Shown piece after piece: positions 1 through 12,694 of a DNA stretch of 64,000 bases. The notes under the pieces are model-generated. The model did no database searches. It was not told the DNA's origin and was given only the letters and a program-made list of their open reading frames with translations. Positions within the stretch are counted from its first letter, which is position 1. Every line of letters starts with the position of its first letter. Position numbers and translations under genes: made by a program. Source of the stretch: Malacoraja senta (taxonomy: Eukaryota); assembly GCA_038087875.1 (NCBI GenBank), contig CM075993.1:10852001-10916000 (forward strand), written 5' to 3'.

Positions 1-334
1 CAGTCAACCCATTAGCAACCTCCTAGTAGCCCCTTAGCAACGCCTTAGTCAATCAACCCTTAGCAGCCCTTTAGCAACTTAATCATGTTTTTCAGTCATT
101 GTGGCTCAAGCGTATCTACAGTATATTTTGGCTATTGCAGGCCTCGTGACTTAGCAATGCACAATTCTCCACTTGGCATTTAGCCGACAATGTTAATGTT
201 CAGTAAGCATGTTGTAGTGTCCACATAGACAAGTATCCCAACATCCTTTCTGGTTCCGAAATGTACTCCAACAACTTGCGGACGTTATGATGAAGGGCTT
301 CAAGGGCTTGGTTGTGATGCGCAACCTTCTGTAG

Positions 335-720
335 GAATCTGGACCTCCTCCAACTCGCCTACCGCCACAACAGATCAACAGCGGATGTGATCTCGCTGGC
401 TCTCCATCTCTGCTGGAGGACTTGGACAACAAGAACACATACGCCAAGCTGTTTAAGAAAGAACTGCAGATGCTGGAAAAATCGAAGGTAGACAAAAATG
501 CTAGAGAAACTGGAGAAACTCAGAAACCCTCCCTACCCCTACATCAGTACAGCCCACTGTCTCCGCCTTTTCTTCCCGCCCCCCTCTCCCATCCCCACAT
601 CAGTCTGAAGAAGGGTCTCGACCTGAAACGTCACCTATTCCTTCGCTCCATAGATGCTGCCTCACCTGCTGAGTTTCTCCAGCATTTTTGTCTACCTATG
701 GCAAGCTGTTGTTCATAGAC
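335..720 (+). mobile_element. Rex1/Babar-type LINE reverse transcriptase fragment, split by a Penelope pLTR insertion
   Basis: Hand translation gives LDLLQLAYRHNRSTADVISLALH...LDNKNTYAKL|LFID, a Rex1-like RT motif. It is interrupted at 454-701, with duplication caagctgtt at 445-453 and 702-710. Confidence 0.65.
454..701. mobile_element. Penelope-derived pLTR fragments in inverted arrangement, 9-bp TSD
   Basis: gaactgcagatgctgg...gtagacaaaaatgc at left and its reverse complement ...gcatttttgtctacc at right; hammerhead-like core at 605-632; flanked by caagctgtt. Confidence 0.7.
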
Positions 721-1197
721 ACAAAAGGCTGGAGTAACTCAGCGGGACAGGCAGCATCTCTGGAGAGGAATGGGTTGAGACCCTTTGGGTTGAGACCCTG
801 CTTTAGACTGAGAGTCAGGGGAGACATAGGGAGGGTAACGGTAAAGTGTGAAAACGAGAGATCAGAGGGGACGATGCTCAAGGAAAATGTAGAATAGATC
901 ATCGTTGGCTGAGGGGAAGGTGACAACGAGGCATACAATCAGTAAGATTCATCAGGAGGGCAGTGAAACTAGTCGGAGAACTAGGATGGGGGAGGAATGG
1001 AGAGAGAGGGAAAGCAATGGTTACTTGAAGTTAGAGATGTCAATATTCATACAAAATGTGTAGGAAGGAACTGCAGATGCTGGTTAAAACCAAAAATAGA
1101 CACAAAATGCCGGAGTAACTCAGCGGGACAGGCAGCATCTCTGGAGAGAAGGAATGGGTGACGTATTGGGTCGAGACTCTTCTATATTTCTTTTTTT

Positions 1198-2020
1198 CCA
1201 AGATGGCGGATGTGCAGGAGTGGGCGCCGTTTGTATGGCAGCCTGCCTGCAGTCCGTCGTCTAACTTTTTTATTGTCTGAAACATTTTTTTATTGGAGTC
1301 TATTCTTTCTATGTGGGGGGGAACTGTTTTAACCCCAGTCCTACCTGGTCGGAGATGCGGTTTTCCTCCTAATCGCGTCTCCGATCTCCCCATGCGGCCT
1401 TCCATCGGGCTGGAGCGGCGTTCCTGCCGGGGACCACAGCTTCGGCGGCACAGCGCTGGGACACCAACGGGGAGCGGGCGATGCCTTGCCGGGTCGCCGC
1501 TCCGGAGTGCTGTGGCCGCCGACCACCAACATCGGGCAGCCGCGGTCTGTGGTTTGAGGGCATCCCGCCGCGGGCGGGCGACGCTGGATCAGGAACACCG
1601 CGGAGTCGAAGCTCCAACCGGCGCGGCCTGAAGTCCGCGGGCGTCGCAGTCTCCGGGGAAGGAGCGGCCGCTTCAGACATTTTCAAGCTGCTGAGGACTT
1701 TTCCACCCGATGCGGGTGGGCAGACAACATCGGGCTGCCGTTGCGGCGACTGGCTGCAGTGGCCTCAGACTGGCCCCGACCTCGGGTGGACTAGGAGGAG
1801 GAGGAGGACTGGACATTTTAGTGCCTTCCCTCACAGTGGAGAGTGTAGATTCTACTGTGGGGGGATGTTCGTGTTTGTGTAAAATCTCTTATAGTGTGTT
1901 GTCATTTTTTCTATCTCTTTTTATTATTTGTATGGTTAGTAACTGTAAAGCACTTTGGCTTTTGATTTAATTCAATTGGAAAATGTGCTATATAAATAAA
2001 CTTATTATTATTATTATTAT
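1198..2020 (+). mobile_element. GC-rich non-autonomous retroposon with L2-like 3' tail
   Basis: Starts CAAGATGGCGG; GC-rich body; family block gccttccctcacagtgg (~1823); ends aaatgtgctatataaataaa(tta)n. Confidence 0.55.
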
Positions 2021-2300
2021 ATCACCCATTCCTTCTCACCAGAGATGCTGCCTGTCCCGGTGAGCTACTCCAGCATTTTGTGTCAATGGGTTGTTAGCTG
2101 CACAAGCAAAATATATTGTTTTGTTCCTCTAATTTGTGTGGGGCGGCATTCAATTCCATCATCCCCTGAAATCTTGTCATCAAACTCAGGGAACTGGGTC
2201 TCTGCTTGTTTCTCTGACACGGTCCTTGATTTTCTCCATCGGCAACCAGCAGGGGCACTGACCGCAAGGCTGAGCTCAGTCTCCTGGCTCCACTCTCTAT

Positions 2301-3320
2301 ACCAACAGGTGGCGCTGTACATGGCAGCCTCGCCAACAGCCTGTCTTTTATTTTCTTCTTTTGCTGTTTTGGTCTGTGTTTACTTGTATGTTTTTAGTGG
2401 ATCTATAGTTTTTGTATTATGTGGGGGGGGGGGAATCTTTTTTATCTCTTTCCTCGACGGAGATGCGACGTTTTCATCGTATCTCCGTCTGTACTGCGGC
2501 TTTAACATCGTGGAGCTGGCGGTCCCTTTGTTAGGGATCGACTGCGGGAGCTCCAACTGCAGGAGCTTCGACCGCCCCGATCACGGGAACTCCGATCGCC
2601 CCGATCGCGGAAGTTTCAATTGCCCCGAGCGCGGGAGAAAAGGAGGAAGAAGCTATAAGGTATTTGCCTTCCATCGCAGTGGAGAATGTGAGGTCGCCAA
2701 AAAATCAAGATGGACGTGCTGCCTGCGCTGGTGGGGACTCGGAGGGAGTGCCGTGAGTGCAGTGATCTCCATGTTTGCGGGGACATCGCGCCATGAGGAC
2801 ATCCCGGAGTCTGGTGCGAGTGTAGACGGCTTTCTGACTGTTCGGGTGGACAGGGACTGCAGAGAGAGTGACAGCGGTCGGCACGACCCTGGTCACATCA
2901 CGGTGAAGGAGTGTTCAAGAAGGAACTGCAGATGCTGGAAAAATCGACAGTAGACAAAAAATGTTGGAGAAACTCAGCGGGTTCCTTTCTTTCTCCCGCC
3001 CCTCCCCCCCCACCCCCCGATGTCAGTCTGAAGAAGGGTGTTGACCCGAAACGTCGCCTACTCCTTTTCTCCATAGATGCTGCCTCATTCACGGTGAAGG
3101 AGCGTGTGTGTGTGTGGCCCGCACATTGAACTGATGGCTGTGGGTCTCTGCTTATGCTGTGTGCCCTGGGGATTCCCGCACACCGCTGTGGTGGCTGTTT
3201 AAGTTTATGTTTAATCTTTATGTGGTTATGTATCTTGTTGCTGTTTTGTACGACTGTTGGCAAATCAAATTCCTTGCATGTTTACATACCTGGCTAATAA
3301 ATTAATTACAATTACAATTA
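2301..3320 (+). mobile_element. GC-rich non-autonomous retroposon (same family as 32931-33672), with nested Penelope fragment 2912-3088
   Basis: Head ccaacaggtggcgc...atggcagcctc; block gccttccatcgcagtgg; tail ggctaataaa(attaca)n. The nested piece is flanked by 14-bp tcacggtgaaggag (2898-2911, 3089-3102). Confidence 0.6.
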
Positions 3321-3332
3321 CCCATGTGGTGT

Positions 3333-3709
3333 TGTAGCAAGGCCAGACAGATTCAGCAAAGTGATTTTTTATTTTCAATAAAAACTTCTTCTTGCGTATG
3401 GCGTGCACAGCCTAAAGTTGTCGGACAACTTGTTCCATTTGATCTTATTTGATTGTGCACGCCGGGTTGATTGCATTTGTCGAAACAGGGCGGACCACGT
3501 AAAGGTTGCAATCTCCCACCCCTCAATAAAAACGAAACAAAAGTAAGCGTGTCTGACTGAACTAACAATAATAGCTCCTGTTACTGGGAGGAGCGCTGAC
3601 TAACTAACACACCCTAATAAGCCCGCGAACGAACCCCCGCGGTCACGTGACCGAACCGACCATTGATGAGGGTTCTGACCTCCCCATCCCACCACTAGGT
3701 GCCGCTACA
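3333..3709 (-). repeat. 3' LTR of the Gypsy element (contains a 137-bp insertion)
   Basis: Aligns with 12205-12440 except for insert 3386-3522 and small indels; TG...CA termini. Confidence 0.9.
3386..3522 (-). mobile_element. Short retroposon (SINE or 5'-truncated RTE-like LINE end) inserted in the 3' LTR
   Basis: Flanked by tcaataaaaac (3375-3385, 3523-3533); absent from the other LTR; minus strand ends ...gccatacgc(aag)n. Confidence 0.7.
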
Positions 3710-6700
3710 AGACATCCCCAGAACCCGAGGAAACGAAACGCGCGGGCGTCCGAATGATGCGGCCAGACCGAGCAGAGACAGGAAGGACTGGCACAACCGG
3801 TGCCACAGGTGGAACAGGGCGAAGAGGTGGAACAGTCACAATAGGTGCAACCGGTGAAAGTGGCACGGACCGCGGACGACCACTACGCCGGGGTTGGGCC
3901 ACCACCACCGGGCTGTCGACATCCAGATGGGCGGGCTTGAGTTGGACAACGGGAACAATCTACTCACGACCCCCTGACATCCAACACAAAAGTCGCGACA
4001 CCAGGCCGCAACACCCAGAAAAGCCCCTCATAAGGCCGCTGGTGCGGAGTTCGATGTGAGTCCCTGCGAACAAAGACAAAATTGCACCTGCGGAACATAA
4101 GTAGGCGAGAGGTGGGGACGGGAGCCAGACCACCCACTTTCTCCCGCAGATGCGCCAGCGCCGACGAGGCGGGCTCCGGCGACCCTCGAGCCGCAGGAAG
4201 GAAATCCCCAGGCACCGGCAGCGGGGAGCCGTACACCAGCTCCGTGGAAGATGTGTCCAAACGTGCGGATCCCCAGCAACACCCAAAGCAACTGGTCCAC
4301 CCAATCTGGGCCCGTGAGCAGTGCCTTCAACGCTGCCTTCAAATGTCTGTGGAACCGCTCGACCAACCCGTTGGCCTGAGGATGGTACGCGGTGGTATTA
4401 TGTAGCTGTGGCCCGTACAGCTGAGCCACAGGGCAGAGGTGAACTGGGCACCACGGTCGGTGGAGATGTCAGCAGGCACACCGAATCGCGCCACCCAATG
4501 GGCTGCGAGGGCACGGGCCCAAGTCGCGGTGGAGGTGTCGGACAGCGGAACGGTCTCGGGCCTCCTCGTGAAGCGGTCCACAATCGTGAGCAGGTGAGTG
4601 GCACCACGAGACGGCGGCAGAGGACCCACCAAGTCAACGTGAATGTGGGCAAACCGGTGAGGAGGGACCACGAAATCCTGGCGTGGCGCACGTACATGCC
4701 GCTGGACCTTGGACGTGTGGCCGGGAATGCAGGCTCGAGCCCAGGCCGCAACCTGCTTGCGAAGACCATGCCATACGAACTTGGCCGCCACCAACGCAGA
4801 AGTCGCCCGGATGGAAGGATAAGCCAGCCCGTGAATAGAGTCAAACACACGCCGTTGCCAACCTACAGGGACGATAAGGTCGCGGCTGCCCGGTGGAGAC
4901 ATCGCACAGGACCGTCACACCTGCAGGACCGAACGGAACATCGGCCAACACCGACCCCGACACGGCAGTCTGATAGCCTTGCATCTCGTCTCCCTCGCGC
5001 TGTGCAGCAGCCAGCCCAGAATAGTCCAAACCCGGGGCCACGGCCAGTACAGCATGGACCGCAGGGCGAGACAAAGCATCTGCCACCTGATTCAGTTTGC
5101 CCGCCACGTGCCGAACATCGGTGGTAAATTCGGAAACGAACGCCAGGAGACGCTGCTGACGAGCAGACTAGAGGTCGGACACCATCGCGAAGGCAAACGT
5201 GAAAGGCTGTGGTCGGTAAATGCCGTAAATTTCCTGCCCTCCAGGAAATACCGGAAATGCCGGGCCGCCAAATAAAGAGCCAGAAGCTCACGGTCATACG
5301 CACTGTAGTTCCGCTCAGGAGGGTGCAGGTGCCGGCTGGAAAAGGCAAGCGGTTGCCAGCGACCATCGATAAACTGCTCCAGGACCCCTCCGACAGCAGC
5401 ATCAGAAGCATCAACAGTGAGGGTGGTGGCGGCAGCAGCCCGCGGGTGCACCAGCAACGTGGCCTTGGCCAGCGCCTCCTTGGCACCATCGAAGGCGGCC
5501 TCGGTCTTGGCGTCCCACACGAGATCCCGCGGCTTACCGGCCACGTACTGGAACAAGGGCCGCATGATCCGCGCGGCCGCCGGTACAAAACGATGGTAAA
5601 AGTTCACCATCCCCACGAACTCCTGCAGCCCCTTGGTGGTGAGCGGCCGAGGAAACTGCCGAATCGCCTCCACCTTGCCGGGAAGAGGTGTGGCGCCCTG
5701 TGGGGTAACGTGGTGCCCAAGGAAGGAGATGGAGCTGAGACCGAACTGGCAATTGGCGGCGTTAATGACCAGGCCGTGATCCCGGAGCCGCTGGAACAGC
5801 ACGTGGAGGTGCTCACAGTGTTCGCGGTGAGAGTGGCTGGTGACCAGAATGTCATCGAGGTAAACGAAAACAAAGTCCAAACCACGAGCAACCATGTCCA
5901 TCAGGTGGTGAAAAGCCTGTGCGGCGTTTTTAAGTCCGAAAGGCATTCGCAGTCACTCAAACAGGCCGAACGGAGTAATGATGGCGGTCTTTGGCGCATC
6001 ATCGTGGTGGACGGGAATCTGATCTCGCCATGCACCAGATCGACATTGGAGAATGTGGTAGCACCAACCAAGTGGGCCGTGAAGTCCTGGATGTATGGGA
6101 CCGGGTAGCGATCGGCGGTTGTGATGGCATTCAGGCGGCGATAATCCCCACACGGCCACCACCCGCCGGACTACTTGGGAACCATGTGAAGTGGGGAAGC
6201 CCAAGGGCTGTCGGAACGCCGCACGATCCCCATGTCCTCCATCTTCTGGAACTCATCTCTCGCCAAACGCAACTTGTCAGGCGGGAGCCTGCGCGCCCGT
6301 GCGTGTAGCGGAGGGCCAGCGGTGAGTTGTGGTGCACCACTCCATGCTTAGGGGCGGCCGAGTGAATCCGTGGATCTCCGGGAACTCTGCCAGGATCGGA
6401 GCATATACCCCACCCACGTCCGACACGGTTCCGAGCTGCGCATCGGGGGAAGCCACCGGCCGCGAGGCCGCAGTCTGGGGGGGAACCGGAGGAATGAGGC
6501 GCTGGCCCCAAACGTCTACCATGTGGGAAAAGGCCCGCAAAATATCGGCACCGAGCAATGGCTGGGAGACGTCCACGATCGTGAAGGGCCACGACTAACA
6601 GCGGGAGTCGAGGACGAGGGAAACAGTCCGAGTCCCGTAGGTGCGGATGGGGCTGCCATTGACGGCGGTCAGGGCGGGGCCACGCTTACCTGCATGGGTA

Positions 6701-6810
6701 TCGTCCAGACGAGGTAAGATGCTGAGCTCAAACCCAGTGTCCACGAGGAAACGAAGCCCAGAATGGCGATCCCTGACGTAGAGGCGATGTTTCTGGACCA
6801 CCGCGATAGC
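3710..6810 (-). pseudogene. pol: Gypsy pol (protease, reverse transcriptase, RNase H, integrase), multiple frameshifts
   Basis: FLVDTG protease motif (ORF 6595-6891); KTAIITPFGLFE / MPFGLKNA / YLDD RT and DAS..AVGGVL, YSAYDRELLA RNase H (5092-5946); HVDLVGPLP, TDRGAQFTS, TTAYHPQANGLVERFHR integrase (4028-4902). Confidence 0.92.
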
Positions 6811-7379
6811 CTCTACTGGTGATCGGCCGAGACATTTCCCGGATACGAGCAGGGATACGCCGCACCCCAGCGTTGGTGGTAATAACACCACTGGTGCTTA
6901 CTGCGAACCATGGCGGTTGACTGCGGCCCAGCGATGTCATCTGTGGGAGGAACAGCCCAGCGAGGCAGCTGCGGCGAAGGCACGGACACCTGGCTGATAT
7001 AACCGCCATCCTGCTGCTTGGCTAGCCACAACTCGTCCGCCCGCTCAGCGAGTTGCAAGGGATCGGTGAAATCAGACCCGGCAAGAAGCAGGCGGATGTC
7101 ATCGGGCATCTGCTCCAGGAAAGCCTGTTGGAATAAAAGGCAAGGCTGGTGGCCGTCCACGAGAGCTAGCATCTCGCTCATCAAGACCGATGGCTTACGA
7201 TCGCCCAGACAGTCCATATGCAGCAGCCGAGCCGCGCGATAGCGGCGACTGAGCCCGAAGGTGTGTAGCAGCAACGCTTTGCGGCCCTCGTATTTACCAA
7301 CAGTGGGCGGATTCTGCAGGAAAGCCTCCTGGCTGAGCGCACCCACCACGTAGAAATAGCGGGTAGCATCCGCGCTGAT

Positions 7380-10300
7380 TCAGTAAACCGCTCACTTTAA
7401 CAATACTAAATTAATTTTAAAATAGTTAAGAGATAAAGAGTGAGTAGGATATGGAATCGAATACATTTGACATATATATAAATTGTAACTGGGTGAAATA
7501 GAACTGAATTGGAAACGGTAATGACCCCATAGATTTTGGGTAATAAATACAGCGGGGCTAACTTTATACCAACTACGCCGGAAGCGTTATGGATGTCGTA
7601 CCCCACAGACGAGTGGGCCACTCACTACGGTGTTGAAATTTTAGACACCGTAAATTTATTTGATTTATATATATTTTTTTAATCACAATATGTCACATCT
7701 GTGTGTTTTTTCTTCAAGGACAATCGCGCAGGAGAACTACCAAGGAAGTCTATAATAGAAATACTCCCAAAATAACCAGAGTCCGGAGGTATGAACGCAC
7801 CACAATAATTAAGGTCATTAAAACTGGTAAAAATGCATGACGACAATCAAAAGAAAATAGGAGGAATCACATTATGTAGTTGGAATATAAGGGGGATTAA
7901 TGAACCTATTAAAAGGGGCAAGATACTAGCTCAGTTGAAATCATACAACACGGACATTGCGTTTCTACAGGAAACACATCTTAAACAGCAAGATCAGACA
8001 AGACTGAGGGCGAACTGGATAGGCCAAACATTTCACTCTTCATTTACCTCCAAATCTAGAGGTACTGCAATTATTATTCGTAAAGGAATTCCATTTAAAT
8101 CAAAGAACACTATTTTAGATAAGGAAGGGAGATATCTTATAGTAGCAGGGGAGATCAATAATATGCCAATTACGCTGGTAAACATATATGCGCCCAACTT
8201 TGATAACCCTCAATTTTTTAATAAAATTCTGAATATAATTGCAGAATCTAATTATCAAAATGTTATAATCGGAGGAGATTTTAATTGTGTTTTAGATCCT
8301 TATTTAGATAAATCGATGCAAAAACAAAAAGGTCAGACGAAATCTAAAACCAGTGAACTCTTACACACATATATGGAAAACACAAATATAACAGATGTAT
8401 GGAGGATTGCAAACCCGACGGGAAGGGATTACTCGTTTTATTCAATGGTGCATAAAACATATTCACGGATAGACTATTTTCTTGTGGATACAAAATTAAT
8501 TCCGCAATCTCTGAATCCTAAATATCATATTAATGCGATCTCAGATCATTCTCCGTTAACTTTTGTTCTAAAACTAGAAGGAATGTCTATGAATAAACCG
8601 TTCTGGAGGTTTAACTCACAAATTTTAAAAGACCCTCAAGGGAGTATCTATCTAAAAAAACAGATGGATCTATTTTTTGAGTTAAATGATACACCAGAGA
8701 TATCCCCCACGTTATTATGGGAATCCTTCAAAGCATTTATAAGAGGAGTCATTATTTCATTTCAAGCTTATCAAAATAAAAAGAATAAGAATGAACAAAG
8801 ACACTTAGAAGATCAAATAAAACAGTTAGATATAGATAATGCTAAAGACCCAACTATGGATAAACATAATAAAATACTACTACTGAAATTTCAGTTAAAT
8901 AAATTACTGTCAGAGAAAGTTATAACATTATTTCAAATCACAAAACAAGAACACTTCGAATTCGGGGACAAACCCCACAAACTTCTAGCACGACAACTTA
9001 AAAAACGGGAAAAAGAGAATGCAATATTAAAGATTAAATCAGATAGAGGGGAAGTATTAACACTACCCAAGGATATTAATAAAAGATTTGCTCAATTTTA
9101 CCAGAATCTATACACATCTAAAACGTCAATAGACAATAATAAAATCTCAGAATTTTTAGATAATTGTAATCTACCACAATTAGAACGCAGGGAACAAGAG
9201 GAACTGGGAGCACAAATTACTTCTAAGGAGATAGAAGACACAATAAAAACACTAAAAAATGGAAAAACACCAGGACCAGACGGATTCAGTAATGAATTTT
9301 ATAAATCTTTTTATGATATAGTTACTCCACGATTACAAAAAATGTATACATATGCTTATAAAGAGCAAACCCTACCTGAAACACTAGCAGAATCAACGAT
9401 CATATTAATACTTAAAAAAGATAAAAATATAGAAGAACCAGGATCATATAGAGCTATTGCTTTGTTAAATACGGATCAGAAAATAATAGCAAAAACATTA
9501 GCCAATAGATTAAGCAAGTATGTTAGTAGACTAATACATGAGGATCAAACAGGATTTATACCTAAGAGACACTCATTTAATAATTTGAGACGTTTGCTTA
9601 ACATAATGCATTCACATAAATCTTATGACCAAGAGTTAGCTATCATCTCACTGGACGCAGAAAAAGCGTTTGATCAAGTAGAATGGGACTATATGATCAA
9701 AGTATTGCAAAAATTCCAATTGGGAGAAAACTTTATTGCATGGATAAAACTACTATATAACAAACCTACGGCTAGAATACTAACTAATAATATATTATCT
9801 TCAAAATTCGAATTATCTAGGGGCAACAGACAAGGATGTTCACTATCACCGCTGTTATTTGCTTTGGTAATTGAACCCCTTGCTGAAAAAATAAGAACAC
9901 ACTCGAATATTCACGGTTATAACACAAAATATTCAAACAACAAACTATCCCTATATGCTGATGATGTACTACTGTACATCACAAAACCACAAATTAGTAT
10001 ACCAAATATATTAAACTTAATTGAGGACTTTGGATCCTTTTCAGGATATAGAATAAATTGGAACAAAAGTGAAATTATGTCGATTAAACCAAAAGACTCA
10101 ACACATCTCAGGAAATTCCCTTTTAAAATAGCTATGGAAAAATTCAAATATTTAGGAATTGAGATTACTAGAAATTACCATGATATGTTTAAAGCTAATT
10201 ATAATCCCCTACTTAAGAAATTAAATAATTTGATTAAATTTTGGAAAACACTTCCGATGTCCTTAATAGGTAGGATAAATGCTATAAAAATGATTTTCTT

Positions 10301-12023
10301 ACCACAAATCCTTTACCTATTTCAATCAATACCTATATATCTCCCAAAAAAGTTTTTCAAAAAACTGGACTCAGACATTACAAATTTTATATGGGATTAC
10401 AAATCCCACAGAATACAAAGAACACACCTTAACAAACGAAAAGAGTTGGGGGGTCTAGCGCTCCCTAACTTTATGTATTATAACTGGGCAGTAAATATTA
10501 AAAATATGATTCACCTGCTGGACAATTCTGCCCAGCAGGTGGACTGGATTATAATGGAAAAAGGGGATTGCTCCCCGAATAATATAGGAGCGATTATTCT
10601 CTCTCCAATAAATTTGAATAATAAAAATTATAATAAAAATCCAATTATATATAGCACTATTAGAACATGGAAGGAAATAAAACAGAATCTAAATTAAGAA
10701 ACCTATCTCTCTTAATACCAATAGTCAATAACCCATCGTTTAAACCTTCAATCATAGATAAATCATTTATACAATGGGAAAGAATGGGAATCAAAACGCT
10801 CGAAGATCTGTATGAATTAGAAAAATTACTATCATTCCAACAACTACAACTGAAATATAATTTGAAAAATAATCAATATTTTAAATATCTACAAATCTGT
10901 GACTATTTGAAAACACACACAAAAGATTATTATAATATGCCTTCCGACTTACTAGATGAAGCAATGAAGACAAAGGCGGAATCAGTTATTTAATATCATA
11001 CTTATATAATATCATCTTAAACATAGAAATACCCACAACAGATGGGAATTAGAAGAGATTGGGAACAAGATCTAGGTATAAAAATTTCAAAAGAGAGTTG
11101 GGATAATCATTTATTACAGGTGCATAAATGCTCGATCAACGTACGACATACGCTTATCCAATTTAAAACATTACATAGATTATATTATTCAAAAACCAAA
11201 CTAAATAAAATCTTTCCTAACGTCTCACCAATCTGTGATAAATGTATATGTCAAGAAGCTACCATAGCACATTCTTTTGTTTTTTGTACAAAAATCCAAA
11301 AATTCTGGTTTGAAATATTTGATATTTTTTCAAAATTAATCAAAATAAAACTGGTACCAAAACCAGAATGGATTATTTTTGGAATATCGGAAGGTATTCC
11401 TGAATTAAACGTGTATCAGAAGAATTTACTCAATTATGGGCTAATAATGGGAAAAAAGCTTATACTTAAATTCTGGAAAAATGCGCCCACACCAACAATA
11501 AAAATGTGGACATCAAATATGTTGGAAACATTACATCTGGAAGAGATGAGATTCCTCCTAGTAGGCAAAGTAGACCAATTTCAAAAGACGTGGTCTACGT
11601 TTTTGGACCTATTACAAGCATGAGGTGCAATAGTAATTTAGAAAAACAAATAAATAAATAAAAGGTATCTGGACCTGGTAATGGGAGGTAAAACAAAAAC
11701 AGACTTGGTTGGTAGTTCCTTCTCTATGAAGTATGTTATAAGAGTTATAATAGAGCGATTGTTCCTTCTTTCTTTCTCTTTCTTTTCTAGGGTCTATTTT
11801 CTAACTTTACTTCCTTCTCTAACTTCTTTTCTAAGGGGCTTTCTTTTCCCAACACTCTTTTGCACTTCACAACCTTTGCGCACTTTCTTCACTTTTCTTA
11901 CTTCTTTCTTTTTCTTTCTTAAAGTTTAAAAAGTGAAGCGGTACAAAAAATGTATTAATATATACGTGTTGTACATTACTGTAATCTACCGTACTTCTAT
12001 TAAAAAAATTATTTTTAAAAAAA
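7380..12023 (+). mobile_element. L1 LINE, 5'-truncated (no ORF1), nested in Gypsy gag
   Basis: 15-bp TSD agcatccgcgctgat (7365-7379, 12024-12038); A-rich tail ~12002-12023; AT-rich composition contrasting with GC-rich Gypsy. Confidence 0.92.
7833..11623 (+). pseudogene. L1 ORF2p (APE endonuclease, RT, C-terminal Cys-rich domain), three small frameshifts
   Basis: SWNIRG, FLQETHL, GGDFN, SRIDYFL, SDHSP (endonuclease); LDAEKAFD, RQGCSLSP, LYADD (RT); CDKC...HSFVFC. Open 954 aa then frame breaks near 10690, 10988, 11045. Confidence 0.92.
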
Positions 12024-12189
12024 AGCATCCGCGCTGATCTGGCGGAGCTCGAACTGGGCCTAGGTGTGCGCGAACCACACTTGAGGCTGTACTGCCCAGA
12101 AAACGGGTAGTTTTAGTCGGCTGGACGGGCGGGGCGTCGAGGTTCTCGGCAGCGTTCATATCGAGAAGAAATCCGAAAAACAATCGGTT

Positions 12190-12203
12190 CGGCGGGGTCA
12201 CCA
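12190..12203 (-). promoter_or_regulatory. Primer-binding site complementary to tRNA-Trp 3' end
   Basis: Minus strand TGGTGACCCCGcCG one base after the 5' LTR; matches the tRNA-Trp PBS TGGTGACCCCGACG with one mismatch. Confidence 0.8.
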
Positions 12204-12204
12204 C

Positions 12205-12440
12205 TGTAGCGAGGCCAGACAGGTTGAGCAAAGTGATTTTTATTTGCAATAAAAACGAAACAAAACCCGTGAAGTACGCATGTCTGACTGAACTAACAAT
12301 AATAGCTCCTGTTACTGGGAGGAGCACTGACTAACTAACGCACCCTAAAAAGCCCGCAAACGAACCCCCGCGGTCACGTGACCGAACCGACCAGTGATGA
12401 GGGTGCTGACCTCCCCACCCCACCACTTGGTGCCGCTACA
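12205..12440 (-). repeat. 5' LTR of the Gypsy element (236 bp)
   Basis: TG...CA termini, adjacent PBS, flanking TSD gtgt. Confidence 0.9.
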
Positions 12441-12694
12441 GTGTTGCCATTCACAGCTCCAATTTAAATGTGCTGACAATGGCAGCACTGCTGGATGAAC
12501 AAGGAGCAATGATGAGCCAGACTGGTCAGAACTCAAGAGAAAATGTCTTGTTTTTGGAATGGGAAAATCTTTCTACTGCACAAGCATTGGTTCATTACCC
12601 CAAGCAACTGGTGGGATATGGTGCACACAAGTGCACTGGGTTGGTCTGTGTTCAGCTGAAGCTCTGGCCTGGATCAATTCAGACAAAAGAAACT

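Larger units (their letters stand above)
6813..12159 (-). pseudogene. gag: Gypsy gag, split by L1 insertion (pieces ~12039-12159 and 6813-7379)
   Basis: Removing the L1 restores VWFAHT*AQFELRQISADATRYFYVVGALSQE; also LGDRKPSVLM and CYYHQRWG motifs typical of fish Gypsy gag. Confidence 0.8.
3333..12440 (-). mobile_element. Ty3/Gypsy LTR retrotransposon, full length but degenerate
   Basis: Two similar LTRs TGTAGC...GCTACA (3333-3709, 12205-12440); 4-bp TSD gtgt (3329-3332, 12441-12444); PBS; gag-PR-RT-RH-IN order on the minus strand. Confidence 0.93.

Noticed and set aside
2045..2953. 302-aa ORF
   Set aside because: Crosses pLTR, unique and retroposon boundaries with no domain signature; likely chance.
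4321..6108. Long plus-strand ORFs (268 and 299 aa)
   Set aside because: Antisense shadows of GC-rich Gypsy pol.
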